Origin: Candidatus Methylomirabilota bacterium
Lineage (GTDB): Bacteria; Methylomirabilota; Methylomirabilia; Rokubacteriales; CSP1-6
NCBI GenBank assembly: GCA_035708525.1
Contig: DASSSH010000180.1
Span: forward strand, 1 to 60,872
DNA length: 60,872 nt
Direction of reading: 5' to 3'
Part shown: piece after piece, positions 41,663 to 51,146 of the stretch
Layout: each line of letters begins with the position of its first letter
Numbering within the stretch: position 1 is the first letter of the stretch
Notes under the pieces: model-generated
What the model saw: the letters and a program-made list of their open reading frames with translations, nothing else
The model's database searches: none
Told to the model about the DNA's origin: nothing
Translations under genes and position numbers: made by a program

Positions 41663-42768
41663 CGCCGCGCCGAGACCCCGAGATGCTGCTGCGGAAGTGG
41701 TGGGAGGAAGGCGCCCCGCGCCCGGTGGCGGCTGGGCTCGCCGTGCTGAGCGTCGGATACCGGCTCGGTCTAGCGGCGCGGGAGCGCGCCTACGGCTGGG
41801 GACTGCTCCGGACCGGACGGCTGCCGTGCCCCGTGATCTCGGTCGGCAACATCACCCTCGGAGGCAGCGGCAAGACGCCCACCGTCGAGCTGGTCGTCCT
41901 CGCGCTGCGCGAGCTCGGCGCCACCCCCGCCGTGGTCAGCCGCGGCTACGGCCGCCTGAGCCGCGGCGTGGAGGTGGCGGCGGATCGGGATGGCGTCAGG
42001 CTCGATGCCCACCGGGCCGGGGACGAGCCGCTGATGCTTGCCGAGCGGCTCCCCGGCACTCCGGTGGTGGTCGGCGAGAACCGGTTCGAGGCGGGGCAGA
42101 TCGCGCTGGAGCGCTGCGGAGCGACCGTGGTGGTGCTGGACGATGCCTACCAGAACCGCACCGTGCACAAGGACCTCGAGATTCTGGTCCTCAACGGACG
42201 GGCGCCATGGGGCAACGGTCGCCTCTTCCCGCGCGGGACGCTGCGGGAGCCGCTCGCGGCCCTGGCGCGGGCCGATCTGGTCGTCGTGACCAACGGGACC
42301 GATGTCGACGCCCGCGCCGTGGGTGAACGGCTGGGACGCCACAACCGCCGCGCCCCCGTCATTCGCGCTTCCTATCACGTGACGGAGGCGCGCGACGGGC
42401 AGAGCGGCCGCCGCGCCGAGCCGCGCACCCTCGCCGGCCGCCGGCTGCTCGCCTTCTGCGGGCTCGGCTCGCCGAGGAGCTTCGCGGACACCTTGCTGGG
42501 GCTGGGCGCCCGGGTCAGCGGGATCATCGAGTTCCCCGACCATTATTGGTACACGGCCGCCGATCTGGACGGGTTGACGCGGCAGGCGACCGCGATGGGG
42601 GCCGAGCTGGTCACCACGGAGAAGGACTGGATGCGACTCCGCAGCCTCGGGCTGCCGCAGGCGCCGCTCTGGGTCGTCCCGGTCCGGCTGACCCTCGAGA
42701 CCGGGCACGAAGAGTGGATCGGAGCGCTCGGGCGAACCCTCGTGTCATCGGGTATCCGGCACTCGTAG
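41656..42768 (+). CDS. lpxK: Tetraacyldisaccharide 4'-kinase
   Basis: The P-loop is VGNITLGGSGKTP, followed by VVSRGYG and DDAYQN motifs. I prefer ATG 41656 over the track start at 41296. Confidence 0.9.
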   Translation: MLTPRRDPEMLLRKWWEEGAPRPVAAGLAVLSVGYRLGLAARERAYGWGLLRTGRLPCPVISVGNITLGGSGKTPTVELVVLALRELGATPAVVSRGYGRLSRGVEVAADRDGVRLDAHRAGDEPLMLAERLPGTPVVVGENRFEAGQIALERCGATVVVLDDAYQNRTVHKDLEILVLNGRAPWGNGRLFPRGTLREPLAALARADLVVVTNGTDVDARAVGERLGRHNRRAPVIRASYHVTEARDGQSGRRAEPRTLAGRRLLAFCGLGSPRSFADTLLGLGARVSGIIEFPDHYWYTAADLDGLTRQATAMGAELVTTEKDWMRLRSLGLPQAPLWVVPVRLTLETGHEEWIGALGRTLVSSGIRHS

Positions 42769-42770
42769 CG

Positions 42771-43778
42771 ATGGAGGATTCGCCGGCCGTCATCGTTGTC
42801 AGGGCGCCGAACTGGCTGGGCGACACGGTCATGGCCTTGCCCGCGCTGCGCGCGCTCCACGCCGCGCGGCCCGCCTCCCGCATCACCGTCGTCGGGCCCT
42901 GGGCCCCGCTCCTCTCCGGCCAGGGAGTCGGCGACATCCTGCTGCCCTATCCGCACGGTCTCGGAGAGCGGCGGCGACTCGCCCGCGCCCTCAGACCGGA
43001 GCGGCCCGAGTTGGCCGTCCTGCTGCCGAACTCCTTCGAGTCGGCACTGGCGGCCTGGCGGTGGGGCGCCCGGCGTCGCGTCGGCTTCGACGCTGACGGA
43101 CGTGGCGCGCTGCTGACGGACGCGATTCCGCTTCCGTCACCGCGTCAACACCAGGTCGACGAGTACGCCACCTTGATCGCGTTCCTCGGTGTCCCCGTCG
43201 AGGAGCGGTTGCCCGTCTGGAGGCTTCCCGAAGATCGCTTGGAGACTCAGAAGGTGACTGCGCTGCTGGCCCAGGCCGGCGCCGCGGCGGACAAGCGACT
43301 GGTCGGGCTGCACCTGGGCGCGGCCTTCGGCAGCTCGAAGCTCTGGCCGTCGGAGTTCTTCGGCCGCCTCGCCGGACGCCTCCTCGAGGAGGGCGCTCAA
43401 CCCGTGCTCATGGGCGTCCCCGCCGACGAGCGCACAGCCGCCGCGGTCGTCCAGTCTGCGAGATGTGCGGTGCCCTCCCTGGTGGGCCGCGACCGGGCGG
43501 CGTCCCTGCCGCGGCTGCTCGCGCGGTTGGACTGTCTCGTGAGCGGCGATACCGGCGTGGCGCACCTGGCGGCCGCGCTCCGGATCCCGACGGTCACGCT
43601 CTTCGGCCCCACCGACAAGCGCCTGACGGCGCCCCGCTCGGTCTCGGCCCAGGTGCTGGACCACGACGCGCCGTGCGCGCCGTGCTTTCTGCCCGCGTGC
43701 CCCATCGACCATATCTGCCTGCGGGGCATCGGGCCCGACGAGGTGCACGCGCGCGTGAGGCAGGCGATCCGCGCATGA
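42771..43778 (+). CDS. waaF: ADP-heptose:LPS heptosyltransferase II-like (GT9)
   Basis: The N-terminus is VVRAPNWLGDTVMALPALRAL, and GDTGVAHLAAAL is a GT9 hallmark. Confidence 0.8.
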   Translation: MEDSPAVIVVRAPNWLGDTVMALPALRALHAARPASRITVVGPWAPLLSGQGVGDILLPYPHGLGERRRLARALRPERPELAVLLPNSFESALAAWRWGARRRVGFDADGRGALLTDAIPLPSPRQHQVDEYATLIAFLGVPVEERLPVWRLPEDRLETQKVTALLAQAGAAADKRLVGLHLGAAFGSSKLWPSEFFGRLAGRLLEEGAQPVLMGVPADERTAAAVVQSARCAVPSLVGRDRAASLPRLLARLDCLVSGDTGVAHLAAALRIPTVTLFGPTDKRLTAPRSVSAQVLDHDAPCAPCFLPACPIDHICLRGIGPDEVHARVRQAIRA

Positions 43779-44878
43779 AGGCCGTGCTCCACACCGAGTC
43801 CTCGCCGGGCCTGGGCGGCCAGGAAATCCGCACCCTGGACGAGGCGCGATGGATCGCAGAGCGCGGCTGGCGCGTGGTGCTCGCCTGCCGCCCCGGCGGC
43901 CGGCTGCTCGAGCGCTGCCGCGCGGCCGGCGTGGCGGCCGCGCCCGTGGCGATGCGAGGGGCGTGGGACGTGAGCGCGGTTGGGCGACTCGCCTCGCTCA
44001 TCCGCCGCGAGCGAATCAGCCTTGTCCACACCCACAGCTCGATCGACGCATGGGTCGGCGGCCTGGCGGCGCGTCTCACGCGGGTGCCGGTGGTGCGGAC
44101 CCGCCACGTCTCGATCGGCATCCGGCGCGGCTGGAACCCCGTCTACACCCGGCTGGCCGACCGGGTGATCACCAGTGGCGAGGCCATCCGCAGCATGGTC
44201 ATCGACGCCGGCGTTGCCCCGGAGCGGGCGGTCGCGATGCCGGCGGGAGTGGATCTGGAGCGGTTCCCGTTCGGCGCGCGCTCGAGCGAGCTCGCGGCCA
44301 GCCTGGGGCTGGGCTCGCCGGTGGTCGGGTCCATCGCGATGTTCCGGGGATCCAAAGGCCACGCGCACCTCATCGAGGCGTTCGGCCTGCTTCGCGCCGC
44401 CCATCCCAAGTCGAGCCTGCTCCTCGTCGGCGACGGCATCCGTCGCCCCTGGGTCGAAAGCCTCGCCCGGCAGGCGGGGCTCGGAGAGGCCGTGCTCTTC
44501 ACGGGATTTCGGCCGGACGTGCCGGCCCTGCTCGGCTGCATGGACTGCTTCGTGCTGGCCTCGACCCGCACCGAAGGTGTGCCGCAGTCCCTGCTGCAGG
44601 CCTTCGCCAGCGGAGTTCCCGTGGTGGCCAGTAATGTCGGCGGGGTTCCCGAGGTGGTCGCCGACGGCGTGACCGGGCTGCTGGTCAAGCCGGAGTCCGC
44701 TCCGGCGCTGGCCCAGGCCGTGGAGAATGTCCTCGCCGATCCGATCGCCGCCGCCCGTCGGGCGCGGGCCGCGCGCGAGCTGGTCGAGGCCCGCTTCTCC
44801 CACGCGGCCGCCGTGGCCCGGCTCCTGGCGCTCTACGAAGAGCTCCTGGGCGGGGGTGGGGAGCGGAAACGCCCATGA
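43775..44878 (+). CDS. Glycosyltransferase family 4 (LPS core/outer-core candidate)
   Basis: GT-B fold with the C-terminal motif STRTEGVPQSLLQAFASGVPVVASNVGGVPEVV. ATGA overlaps link it to both neighbours. Confidence 0.85.
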   Translation: MKAVLHTESSPGLGGQEIRTLDEARWIAERGWRVVLACRPGGRLLERCRAAGVAAAPVAMRGAWDVSAVGRLASLIRRERISLVHTHSSIDAWVGGLAARLTRVPVVRTRHVSIGIRRGWNPVYTRLADRVITSGEAIRSMVIDAGVAPERAVAMPAGVDLERFPFGARSSELAASLGLGSPVVGSIAMFRGSKGHAHLIEAFGLLRAAHPKSSLLLVGDGIRRPWVESLARQAGLGEAVLFTGFRPDVPALLGCMDCFVLASTRTEGVPQSLLQAFASGVPVVASNVGGVPEVVADGVTGLLVKPESAPALAQAVENVLADPIAAARRARAARELVEARFSHAAAVARLLALYEELLGGGGERKRP

Positions 44879-46005
44879 GCGGATCTCCGAGCCTCACCGT
44901 TCTCCACTTGGTCTCCAATCGGTGGTGGACCGGCAGCGCAGAGCCCGCCCTGCGACTGGTCAGCGCGCTGCGCGACCGGGGCCACCGGGCCCTCCTCGCC
45001 ATCATTCCCGGAGAGCGCTTCGAGCAGAAGGCCCGGGAGGCGGGGATCGAGCCGGTGTCCGGACTTGCTCTCGACGTCGGCTTTCGTCCGCTGCGCCTGC
45101 TGGCCGGGCTGGCGCGGTTGCGGAGCCTCGTCCGGAGTGAAGGTGTCGACGTGATCCACTGTCATCATTCCCACGACCACTGGCTCGGCGGGCTGGGCCG
45201 AGGCGGCGCCGCGCTGGTCCGAACCTTCCACAACGCCCGCGCCGTTCGGTCGGGATGGCCGTCCTCGGCGTTGTACCGCCGCACCGATGCCGCCATCGCC
45301 GTCAGTCGCGAGATCGAGGAGCGATGCCTGAGGGCGGGATTTCCGCCGGCGCGCCTCCACCGCGTCGCCGGGGTCGTGGAGGTCGCGCGCTTCCGCGGCA
45401 CGGGCGACGGGGCCGCCGTGAGAAAGGAGTTCGGGATCGCCGCCGGCCCGGTGCTGGGCTCGGTGGCCCGGCTCGCGCCCAATCGCGGTCACGAGCTGCT
45501 GATCCAGGGCTTTCGCCTCCTGCTGCCCCGCCATCCTGGCGCCCGGCTGCTCTTGGTGGGGAAGGGGGAGGCGCGGCCGCGCCTGGAGGCGCTCGTTCGC
45601 GAGCTGGGGCTGACCGAGCGGGTGCTCTTCACGGGCTACCGGGACGCCGATTTGCCAGACGTCCTGCAGGCCGTGGACGTCTTCGTCTTGATGGGAGCGG
45701 GGTCGGACGAGTCCTGTCGGGCGGCGCTGGAGGCCATGGCGGCCGGACGGCCGGTCGTCGCGCGACGAGTGGGAGCGCTGCCCGACACCGTGGTGGACGG
45801 GGTGACGGGGCTGCTCGTCGAGGGAGAAGAGCCCGACGCCGTGGCCGCGGCGCTTCACACCCTGCTGACGGAGCCGTCCCTGGCGCAGCGAATGGGCCGC
45901 TCAGGGCGCCGTCGGGTGGAGGAGATCTTCAGTCCGGAGCGCCACGCCGAGACGATCGAGGCCGTCTACCGCGCCGCGCTGGCCGGGAGGACTCCGGTGG
46001 CATGA
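44875..46005 (+). CDS. Glycosyltransferase family 4
   Basis: 376 aa. The motif is ...ESCRAALEAMAAGRPVVARRVGALPDTV. ATGA overlaps link it to both neighbours. Confidence 0.85.
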   Translation: MSGSPSLTVLHLVSNRWWTGSAEPALRLVSALRDRGHRALLAIIPGERFEQKAREAGIEPVSGLALDVGFRPLRLLAGLARLRSLVRSEGVDVIHCHHSHDHWLGGLGRGGAALVRTFHNARAVRSGWPSSALYRRTDAAIAVSREIEERCLRAGFPPARLHRVAGVVEVARFRGTGDGAAVRKEFGIAAGPVLGSVARLAPNRGHELLIQGFRLLLPRHPGARLLLVGKGEARPRLEALVRELGLTERVLFTGYRDADLPDVLQAVDVFVLMGAGSDESCRAALEAMAAGRPVVARRVGALPDTVVDGVTGLLVEGEEPDAVAAALHTLLTEPSLAQRMGRSGRRRVEEIFSPERHAETIEAVYRAALAGRTPVA

Positions 46006-47198
46006 AGGTCCTGCAGCTCATGTCCTGCCGGGGATGGTCCTCCGATGCGTACTGGGCCGCGCGGATCAGCGCGGAGCTCGAGCGCGCCGGGCACGAGGTG
46101 ACGCTCGTCTGCAAGCGCGGCAGCGAGACGCGGGTGATGGATCGCGCGCGCGATGCCGGCGCCCACCGCATCGAGACTCTCGCCTTCGCCGCAGGGCTGA
46201 GGCCCGCCGCCGACCTGGCCGACCTGCGGCGTCTCAGGAGCCTGCTCCGTGCCGGCGATGTCGTGCACGTCCACCGCGGGAAGGAGCACTGGCTGGCGGC
46301 CCTCGCCGTGCGCGCCTGGCGAAGTCCGAGACCCGTCGTCAGAACGCGGCACATCGTCCAGCCGATCCGGGCCCACCCACTCAACCGCTGGCTCTACCGT
46401 CGGGGCACGGATCTCGTTGTCACGGTGACCGAGGCGATCCGGACCCAGTACGTGGCCTCGGGGCTCATGACGCCCGAGCGCGTGGTGGCGCTGCCGGGCG
46501 GGGTGGACGCCGAGCGCTTCGACCCGAAGACCGACGGGGCGGGCTTCCGGGCCTCACTGCCCGTCGAGGCGGACATCCCGCTCGTCGGTCTGGTCTCGGG
46601 CTTTCGCGTGATGAAGGGGCATCTGATCGCGGTCGAGGCCCTCAAGCGCCTCGCCGCAGAGGGCCGGCGGTTCCGCGCCGTCTTCATCGGGGAAGGGGCC
46701 TTGGAGCCGATCGTGAGCCGGGCCGCGGCCACCGCAGGGCTCGAAGAGCGCATCGCGTTCGTGGGCTTCACTCACGATCTGCCCACGGCGATGGCCGCGT
46801 TCGACGTGGCCCTCTATCCCCCGCTGGAGTCCGACGGGATGTCGCGCGTGCTCTTCGAGTACCTCGCGATGGGCCGCGCGGTGGTCGCCAGCCGGGTGGG
46901 CGTCGTGCCCGAGGTACTGGCCGACGGCAGGAGCGCCCTGCTCGTCCCCGCTGGGGAGCCCGGCCCCTTGGCCGCGGCCATCGGGCGGCTGCTCGCCGAC
47001 AGCGCCCTGCGCGCGAAGCTGGGCGCGACCGCCGCCGAGCTGGCGCGGACGCGCCTGTCTGGCGCCTGCGTCGCACGGAAGCTGGGAGAGCTCTACGCGA
47101 CGCTGATGTTCGAGCCGAGTCGTGGCCGGCGAGGCAGTTGCGAGCCGCACGTGGCCGTTCGAGGTGAGCGGCGGAGCCGCAAGCCGAGGGCTGAGTAG
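46002..47198 (+). CDS. Glycosyltransferase family 4
   Basis: The N-terminus is MKVLQLMSCRGWSSDAYWAARISAELERAGHEV. The motif is ...SDGMSRVLFEYLAMGRAVVASRVGVVPEVL. The Arg-rich last ~25 aa may be read-through into the spacer. Confidence 0.82.
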   Translation: MKVLQLMSCRGWSSDAYWAARISAELERAGHEVTLVCKRGSETRVMDRARDAGAHRIETLAFAAGLRPAADLADLRRLRSLLRAGDVVHVHRGKEHWLAALAVRAWRSPRPVVRTRHIVQPIRAHPLNRWLYRRGTDLVVTVTEAIRTQYVASGLMTPERVVALPGGVDAERFDPKTDGAGFRASLPVEADIPLVGLVSGFRVMKGHLIAVEALKRLAAEGRRFRAVFIGEGALEPIVSRAAATAGLEERIAFVGFTHDLPTAMAAFDVALYPPLESDGMSRVLFEYLAMGRAVVASRVGVVPEVLADGRSALLVPAGEPGPLAAAIGRLLADSALRAKLGATAAELARTRLSGACVARKLGELYATLMFEPSRGRRGSCEPHVAVRGERRSRKPRAE

Positions 47199-47215
47199 GA
47201 GGCGAGGGCTGAGTA
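47185..47215 (+). repeat. Short tandem duplication: CGAGGGCTGAGTA at 47185-47197 and 47203-47215 (18-bp period) spanning the stop of the upstream GT4 gene
   Basis: Read directly. The first copy carries TAG (47196-47198), the stop codon in use. The second copy carries TAA. Confidence 0.7.
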
Positions 47216-47235
47216 AGACCCTAGGGGCGCGCAGG

Positions 47236-48366
47236 GTGAAAATCTCCATCCTCTGCTTCGACCTGGCCGACAACGCGGCCGGGCGCGCCCACCTGCTGGC
47301 CCATCTGCTCGAGCCCATCGCCCGCGTCGAAGTCGTGGGACCCTGCTACGGCGACCGGGTCTGGGAGCCGGTCGCCGGGGACGGCGTGGCTCAGCGCACC
47401 GTGTCGGGTCGGCGCCTTCCGGCCTTCGCGCTCTCCCTCCGCGCGCTCCTGGAGATGGCCGACGGCGATCTCCTCTACGCCTCCAAGCCTCGGCTCACCA
47501 GCGCCGGAATCGGCTATCTCAAGCGTCTGATCGCGCGGCGGCCGCTGCTGCTCGACATCGACGATTGGGAGGTGGGCTTCTTCCTGCGCTCGGGGTTCTG
47601 GGGGACGGCGGGGCGCGCGCTCAACCTCGCCAACCCCACCAGCCTGCCGTGGACCTGGCTGATGGAGCGCTTCAGCGGCGCGGCCGACGGCATCACCGTC
47701 GCCTCGCGCTTTCTCCAGCAGCGCTTCGGTGGCGTGCTGATCCCCCACGTGCGCGACACCGAGGCGTGGAAGCCGGGCGGCGTCGATCCGGCGGGCGCGC
47801 GCCGCCGTCTGGGCATCGGCCCCGAGCGGGTCGTGATGTTCCTCGGCACCCCGCGCGGGTACAAGGGCGTCGACGATCTCGCGGCCGCCGTGGCCCGCCT
47901 CGGGCGGCGCGACGTGGTGCTGGCGCTGGTCGGCACGGATCCGGCTTCGGCGACGGGCCGTGCGCTTGTCGCGCGCCTGCCCTGCGTGCGGCTGGTCGGT
48001 CGCGTCCCGTTCGCCCAGGTGCCGGAATTCCTCTCGGCGGCCGACGTCGTCGCCGTACCCCAGCGGGACACGCCGGACACGCGCGGCCAGGTACCGGCCA
48101 AGATCTTCGACGCCATGGCCCTGGCGCGTCCCGTGATCTCGACGCGCGTGTCCATGATTCCCGAGATCCTCGAGGGCTGCGGCCTGCTGGTGGCGCCGGG
48201 AGACGTGGCGGCGCTGGCCCAGGGCATTGCCCATCTGCTGGATCGCCCCGACGAGGCGCGCCGGCTCGGACAGCGGGCGCGCGAGCGATGCGTGGAGCGC
48301 TACAGCTTCTCCGCCGCGCGGCGCGACCTGTTCCCGTTGGTCGAGCGGACGCTGGAGCGCCGATGA
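47236..48366 (+). CDS. Glycosyltransferase (GT4-like, GT-B fold)
   Basis: The GTG start gives (M)KISILCFDLADNAAGRAHLL. The C-terminal motif is ...GQVPAKIFDAMALARPVISTRVSMIPEIL. Confidence 0.78.
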   Translation: MKISILCFDLADNAAGRAHLLAHLLEPIARVEVVGPCYGDRVWEPVAGDGVAQRTVSGRRLPAFALSLRALLEMADGDLLYASKPRLTSAGIGYLKRLIARRPLLLDIDDWEVGFFLRSGFWGTAGRALNLANPTSLPWTWLMERFSGAADGITVASRFLQQRFGGVLIPHVRDTEAWKPGGVDPAGARRRLGIGPERVVMFLGTPRGYKGVDDLAAAVARLGRRDVVLALVGTDPASATGRALVARLPCVRLVGRVPFAQVPEFLSAADVVAVPQRDTPDTRGQVPAKIFDAMALARPVISTRVSMIPEILEGCGLLVAPGDVAALAQGIAHLLDRPDEARRLGQRARERCVERYSFSAARRDLFPLVERTLERR

Positions 48367-49463
48367 AGATCGCCGTGATCTGCCGGCCGTACTCCTTCCA
48401 TGGGGGCATCGAGACATCCACCGCCGGATTCATGCGGGAGCTCGTCGGCCACGGCCATTCGGTGGAGCTGATCACGACGGTGGGCCAGCCCGAGGTGCCC
48501 GGTGTGCGCGTGCGCCGCGTCCCGGTCCTTCGGCATCCCTCGGTGCTGAGAGTGCTGTCCTTCGCCCTCGCCGCCCGCCGTGCGGTCCAGGACGGCGGCT
48601 ACGCGATCGTCCAGAGCCACGAGCGGGTGTTCCGTCAGGACATCTACCGCGCCGGCGAGGGCTGCCACCGCGCGTACCTGGCGACGATGGGCCGTCGCTG
48701 GGCTCGAGCAAATCCGCACCATCGACTCATCTTGTCCCTGGAAAAGAAGATCTTCAGCCTCGAGACCGCGCGGCACATCGTCGCCATCTCGAACCACGGG
48801 AAGGCCGAGATCGAGGGGCTCTATGCGACCCCGGCGGCGCGGGTCAGCGTGGTCTACAACGGCGTGGACCTCCAGCGATTCCATCCCGACCACCGCGAGC
48901 GACTCTTCACGCCGGTCCGCCGCGAGCTGGGAATCGGCGAGGACCTCTGGCTAGTGCTCTTCGTCGGCTCGGGCTTCGAGCGCAAGGGGCTGGGCCCGCT
49001 GATCGAGGCGGTGGGCCGGCTCGGCGACCGCGGATGCCGGCTCGTCGTCGCGGGCAAGGGCGATCGCCGACCGTACCGCGCCCTGGCCGAGCGGCTGGGC
49101 CTCGCTGAGCGGATCCACTGGGCAGGCGCCGTGCAGGCGATCGAGCGCCTCTACGCCGCGGCCGACGTGGTGGCGCTGCCCGCGCGCTACGAGCCATTCG
49201 GCAACGTTCACCTCGAGGCCCTGGCTTCGGGACTGCCGGTGCTCACGAGCGCGGCGGCCGGTGGCGCCGAAGTCATCCGGAATGGCGAGAATGGGTGGAT
49301 CGTCTCTGAACCGCAGCCGGAGGCCATCGCGAAAGGGCTCGAGGAGCTGAGAGCCGCCGATGCCGGCGGCTTGAGGGTCCGGGCCCGCGCCTCGGCCGAG
49401 CCCTTCACCTTCGGTGCCCAGGCCGACCGCTACGCCGCTCTCTACCGCCGGCTCGGGGCCTGA
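48363..49463 (+). CDS. Glycosyltransferase family 4, WaaG/RfaG-like
   Basis: The N-terminus is MKIAVICRPYSFHGGIETSTAGFMREL. The motif is PARYEPFGNVHLEALASGLPVLTSAAAGGAEVI. Confidence 0.85.
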   Translation: MKIAVICRPYSFHGGIETSTAGFMRELVGHGHSVELITTVGQPEVPGVRVRRVPVLRHPSVLRVLSFALAARRAVQDGGYAIVQSHERVFRQDIYRAGEGCHRAYLATMGRRWARANPHHRLILSLEKKIFSLETARHIVAISNHGKAEIEGLYATPAARVSVVYNGVDLQRFHPDHRERLFTPVRRELGIGEDLWLVLFVGSGFERKGLGPLIEAVGRLGDRGCRLVVAGKGDRRPYRALAERLGLAERIHWAGAVQAIERLYAAADVVALPARYEPFGNVHLEALASGLPVLTSAAAGGAEVIRNGENGWIVSEPQPEAIAKGLEELRAADAGGLRVRARASAEPFTFGAQADRYAALYRRLGA

Positions 49464-49499
49464 CCCGGGCCTCCGGCGCTCACGAACCCTCGATTTTCA

Positions 49500-49528
49500 T
49501 TGATCATTCAGGGGGTCCGCATTACACT
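49500..49528 (+). promoter_or_regulatory. Sigma70-like promoter TTGATC-N17-TACACT immediately upstream of the gmhB ATG
   Basis: The -35 lies at 49500-49505 and the -10 at 49523-49528. ATG 49537 is 8 nt downstream and has no Shine-Dalgarno. Confidence 0.4.
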
Positions 49529-49536
49529 GCCTTCCG

Positions 49537-50133
49537 ATGCCCCGACGCCCCGCGGTGTTCATGGACCGGGACGGCTGCCTCACCGAGGAGGTCGGCTACG
49601 TCAATCACCCGAGTCGTATCCGGCTCCTGCCCAGAACAGCCGAAGCGATCCGGCGGCTGAACCAGGCTGGCGTGGCCGCCGTCATGGTGACCAACCAGAC
49701 CGGCATCGCCAAGGGCTACTTCTCCACGGACACCCTCGACGCCGTCCATGAGGAGATGCTTCGCCAACTCACCGCGCGCCGGGCGCGACTCGACGGCCTC
49801 TACATCTGCACCCACCATCCGGCGGAAGGCGAGCCGCCCTACCGCGCCGACTGCGAGTGCCGCAAGCCGCGGCCGGGTCTGCTGCAGCGCGCGGCGTCCG
49901 AGCTGGGACTCGATCTCGATTCCTCGGTGACGGTCGGCGACAAGATCTCCGACGTCGCCGCCGGCCACGCCGCGGGCGCCGCCGGTGTGCTCGTGCTCAC
50001 GGGCTACGGTCGAGGGGAGTGGGAGCAGTTCCACCCGCGCTGGGCCGTGAAGCCGGACCACGTGGCCGAGGATCTCCTCGCCGCGGTCGAGTGGGCGCTG
50101 GCCGGCCGGTCGCGAGAGAGACCGCGGTCGTGA
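49537..50133 (+). CDS. gmhB: D-glycero-beta-D-manno-heptose-1,7-bisphosphate 7-phosphatase (HAD-IIIA)
   Basis: HAD motif I is FMDRDGCL. The zinc-binding insert is CTHHP...CECRKPRPG. Motif III is GDKISD. Confidence 0.88.
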   Translation: MPRRPAVFMDRDGCLTEEVGYVNHPSRIRLLPRTAEAIRRLNQAGVAAVMVTNQTGIAKGYFSTDTLDAVHEEMLRQLTARRARLDGLYICTHHPAEGEPPYRADCECRKPRPGLLQRAASELGLDLDSSVTVGDKISDVAAGHAAGAAGVLVLTGYGRGEWEQFHPRWAVKPDHVAEDLLAAVEWALAGRSRERPRS

Positions 50134-51146
50134 TTCCCCGCAAGCGGCTGCTCGAGACCGTGGGACGCCTCAAGGGCAAGCGCGTGGTGATCGTGGGCGA
50201 CGTGATCACCGACGAGTACCTCTACGGCAAGCCCGCGCGCATCTCCCGGGAGGCGCCGGTGCTCATCCTGCGCTTCACCGATCGGGAGGCGCGGCTCGGC
50301 GGGGCGGCGAACGCCACGCACAACGTCCATGCGCTCGGCGCGGCGGCGGTGCCGATCGGCGTGCTGGGTCGGGACGCCGCCGGCGACGAGGCCGAGCGGC
50401 TCTTCGAGCGCGCGGGAATTGCCATCGGGGGGTTGCTCCGCGTGCCGGGCCGGCTGACGCCGATGAAGACGCGGATCATGGCCGGCGGGTACGAGAGCAC
50501 ACGCCAGCAGGTCGTGCGCCTCGACCGGGAGCCGGATGGGGGAATTACCGGCGACACCGAAGACGGCCTCATCGAGCGCCTGCACCGGTTGGGAGCGGAG
50601 GCCGACGCCTTTCTCGTCTCCGATTACGGATACGGCACAGTGACGCCGCGGCTGTACGACGCGGTGCTGGCTCTGGGACGGCAGCGGCAGGTCCCGGTCA
50701 CGGTGGACAGCCGATACGATCTGCCGCGCTTCAAGGGCGCGACCGCCGCGACGCCCAACGAGCCCGAGTTGGAAGCCCTCACCGGACAGGATCTCAGTGA
50801 CGAGCCCGCGGTCGAGAAAGCCGGCCGCGCGCTGCTCGAGCGGCTCGACGCGCGGCTGCTCCTCGTCACGCGCGGCAGTCGCGGCATGGCGCTCTTCGAG
50901 CGTGAGGGCCCGGTGACATTCATCCCGATCCACGGCAGCGACCAGATCGCCGACGTCACGGGCGCCGGCGACACGGTCATCAGCGCCTTCACGGTCGCCC
51001 TGGCCTCCGGCGCCTCGCCGGTCGAGGCGGCCTGGCTGGCCAATGTGGCGGGCGGGGTCGTGGTGATGAAGCGCGGCACGGCCACCGTCACGCCTCAGGA
51101 GCTGGCCGACTCGCTCTCGTCCGATGGCGGCGCTCGTCAGCCTTGA
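50130..51146 (+). CDS. hldA: D-glycero-beta-D-manno-heptose-7-phosphate kinase (stand-alone RfaE domain I, PfkB family)
   Basis: GTG start in a GTGA overlap. The protein has [15 protein letters not shown] and a PfkB C-terminal motif DVTGAGDTV. Confidence 0.88.
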   Translation: MIPRKRLLETVGRLKGKRVVIVGDVITDEYLYGKPARISREAPVLILRFTDREARLGGAANATHNVHALGAAAVPIGVLGRDAAGDEAERLFERAGIAIGGLLRVPGRLTPMKTRIMAGGYESTRQQVVRLDREPDGGITGDTEDGLIERLHRLGAEADAFLVSDYGYGTVTPRLYDAVLALGRQRQVPVTVDSRYDLPRFKGATAATPNEPELEALTGQDLSDEPAVEKAGRALLERLDARLLLVTRGSRGMALFEREGPVTFIPIHGSDQIADVTGAGDTVISAFTVALASGASPVEAAWLANVAGGVVVMKRGTATVTPQELADSLSSDGGARQP

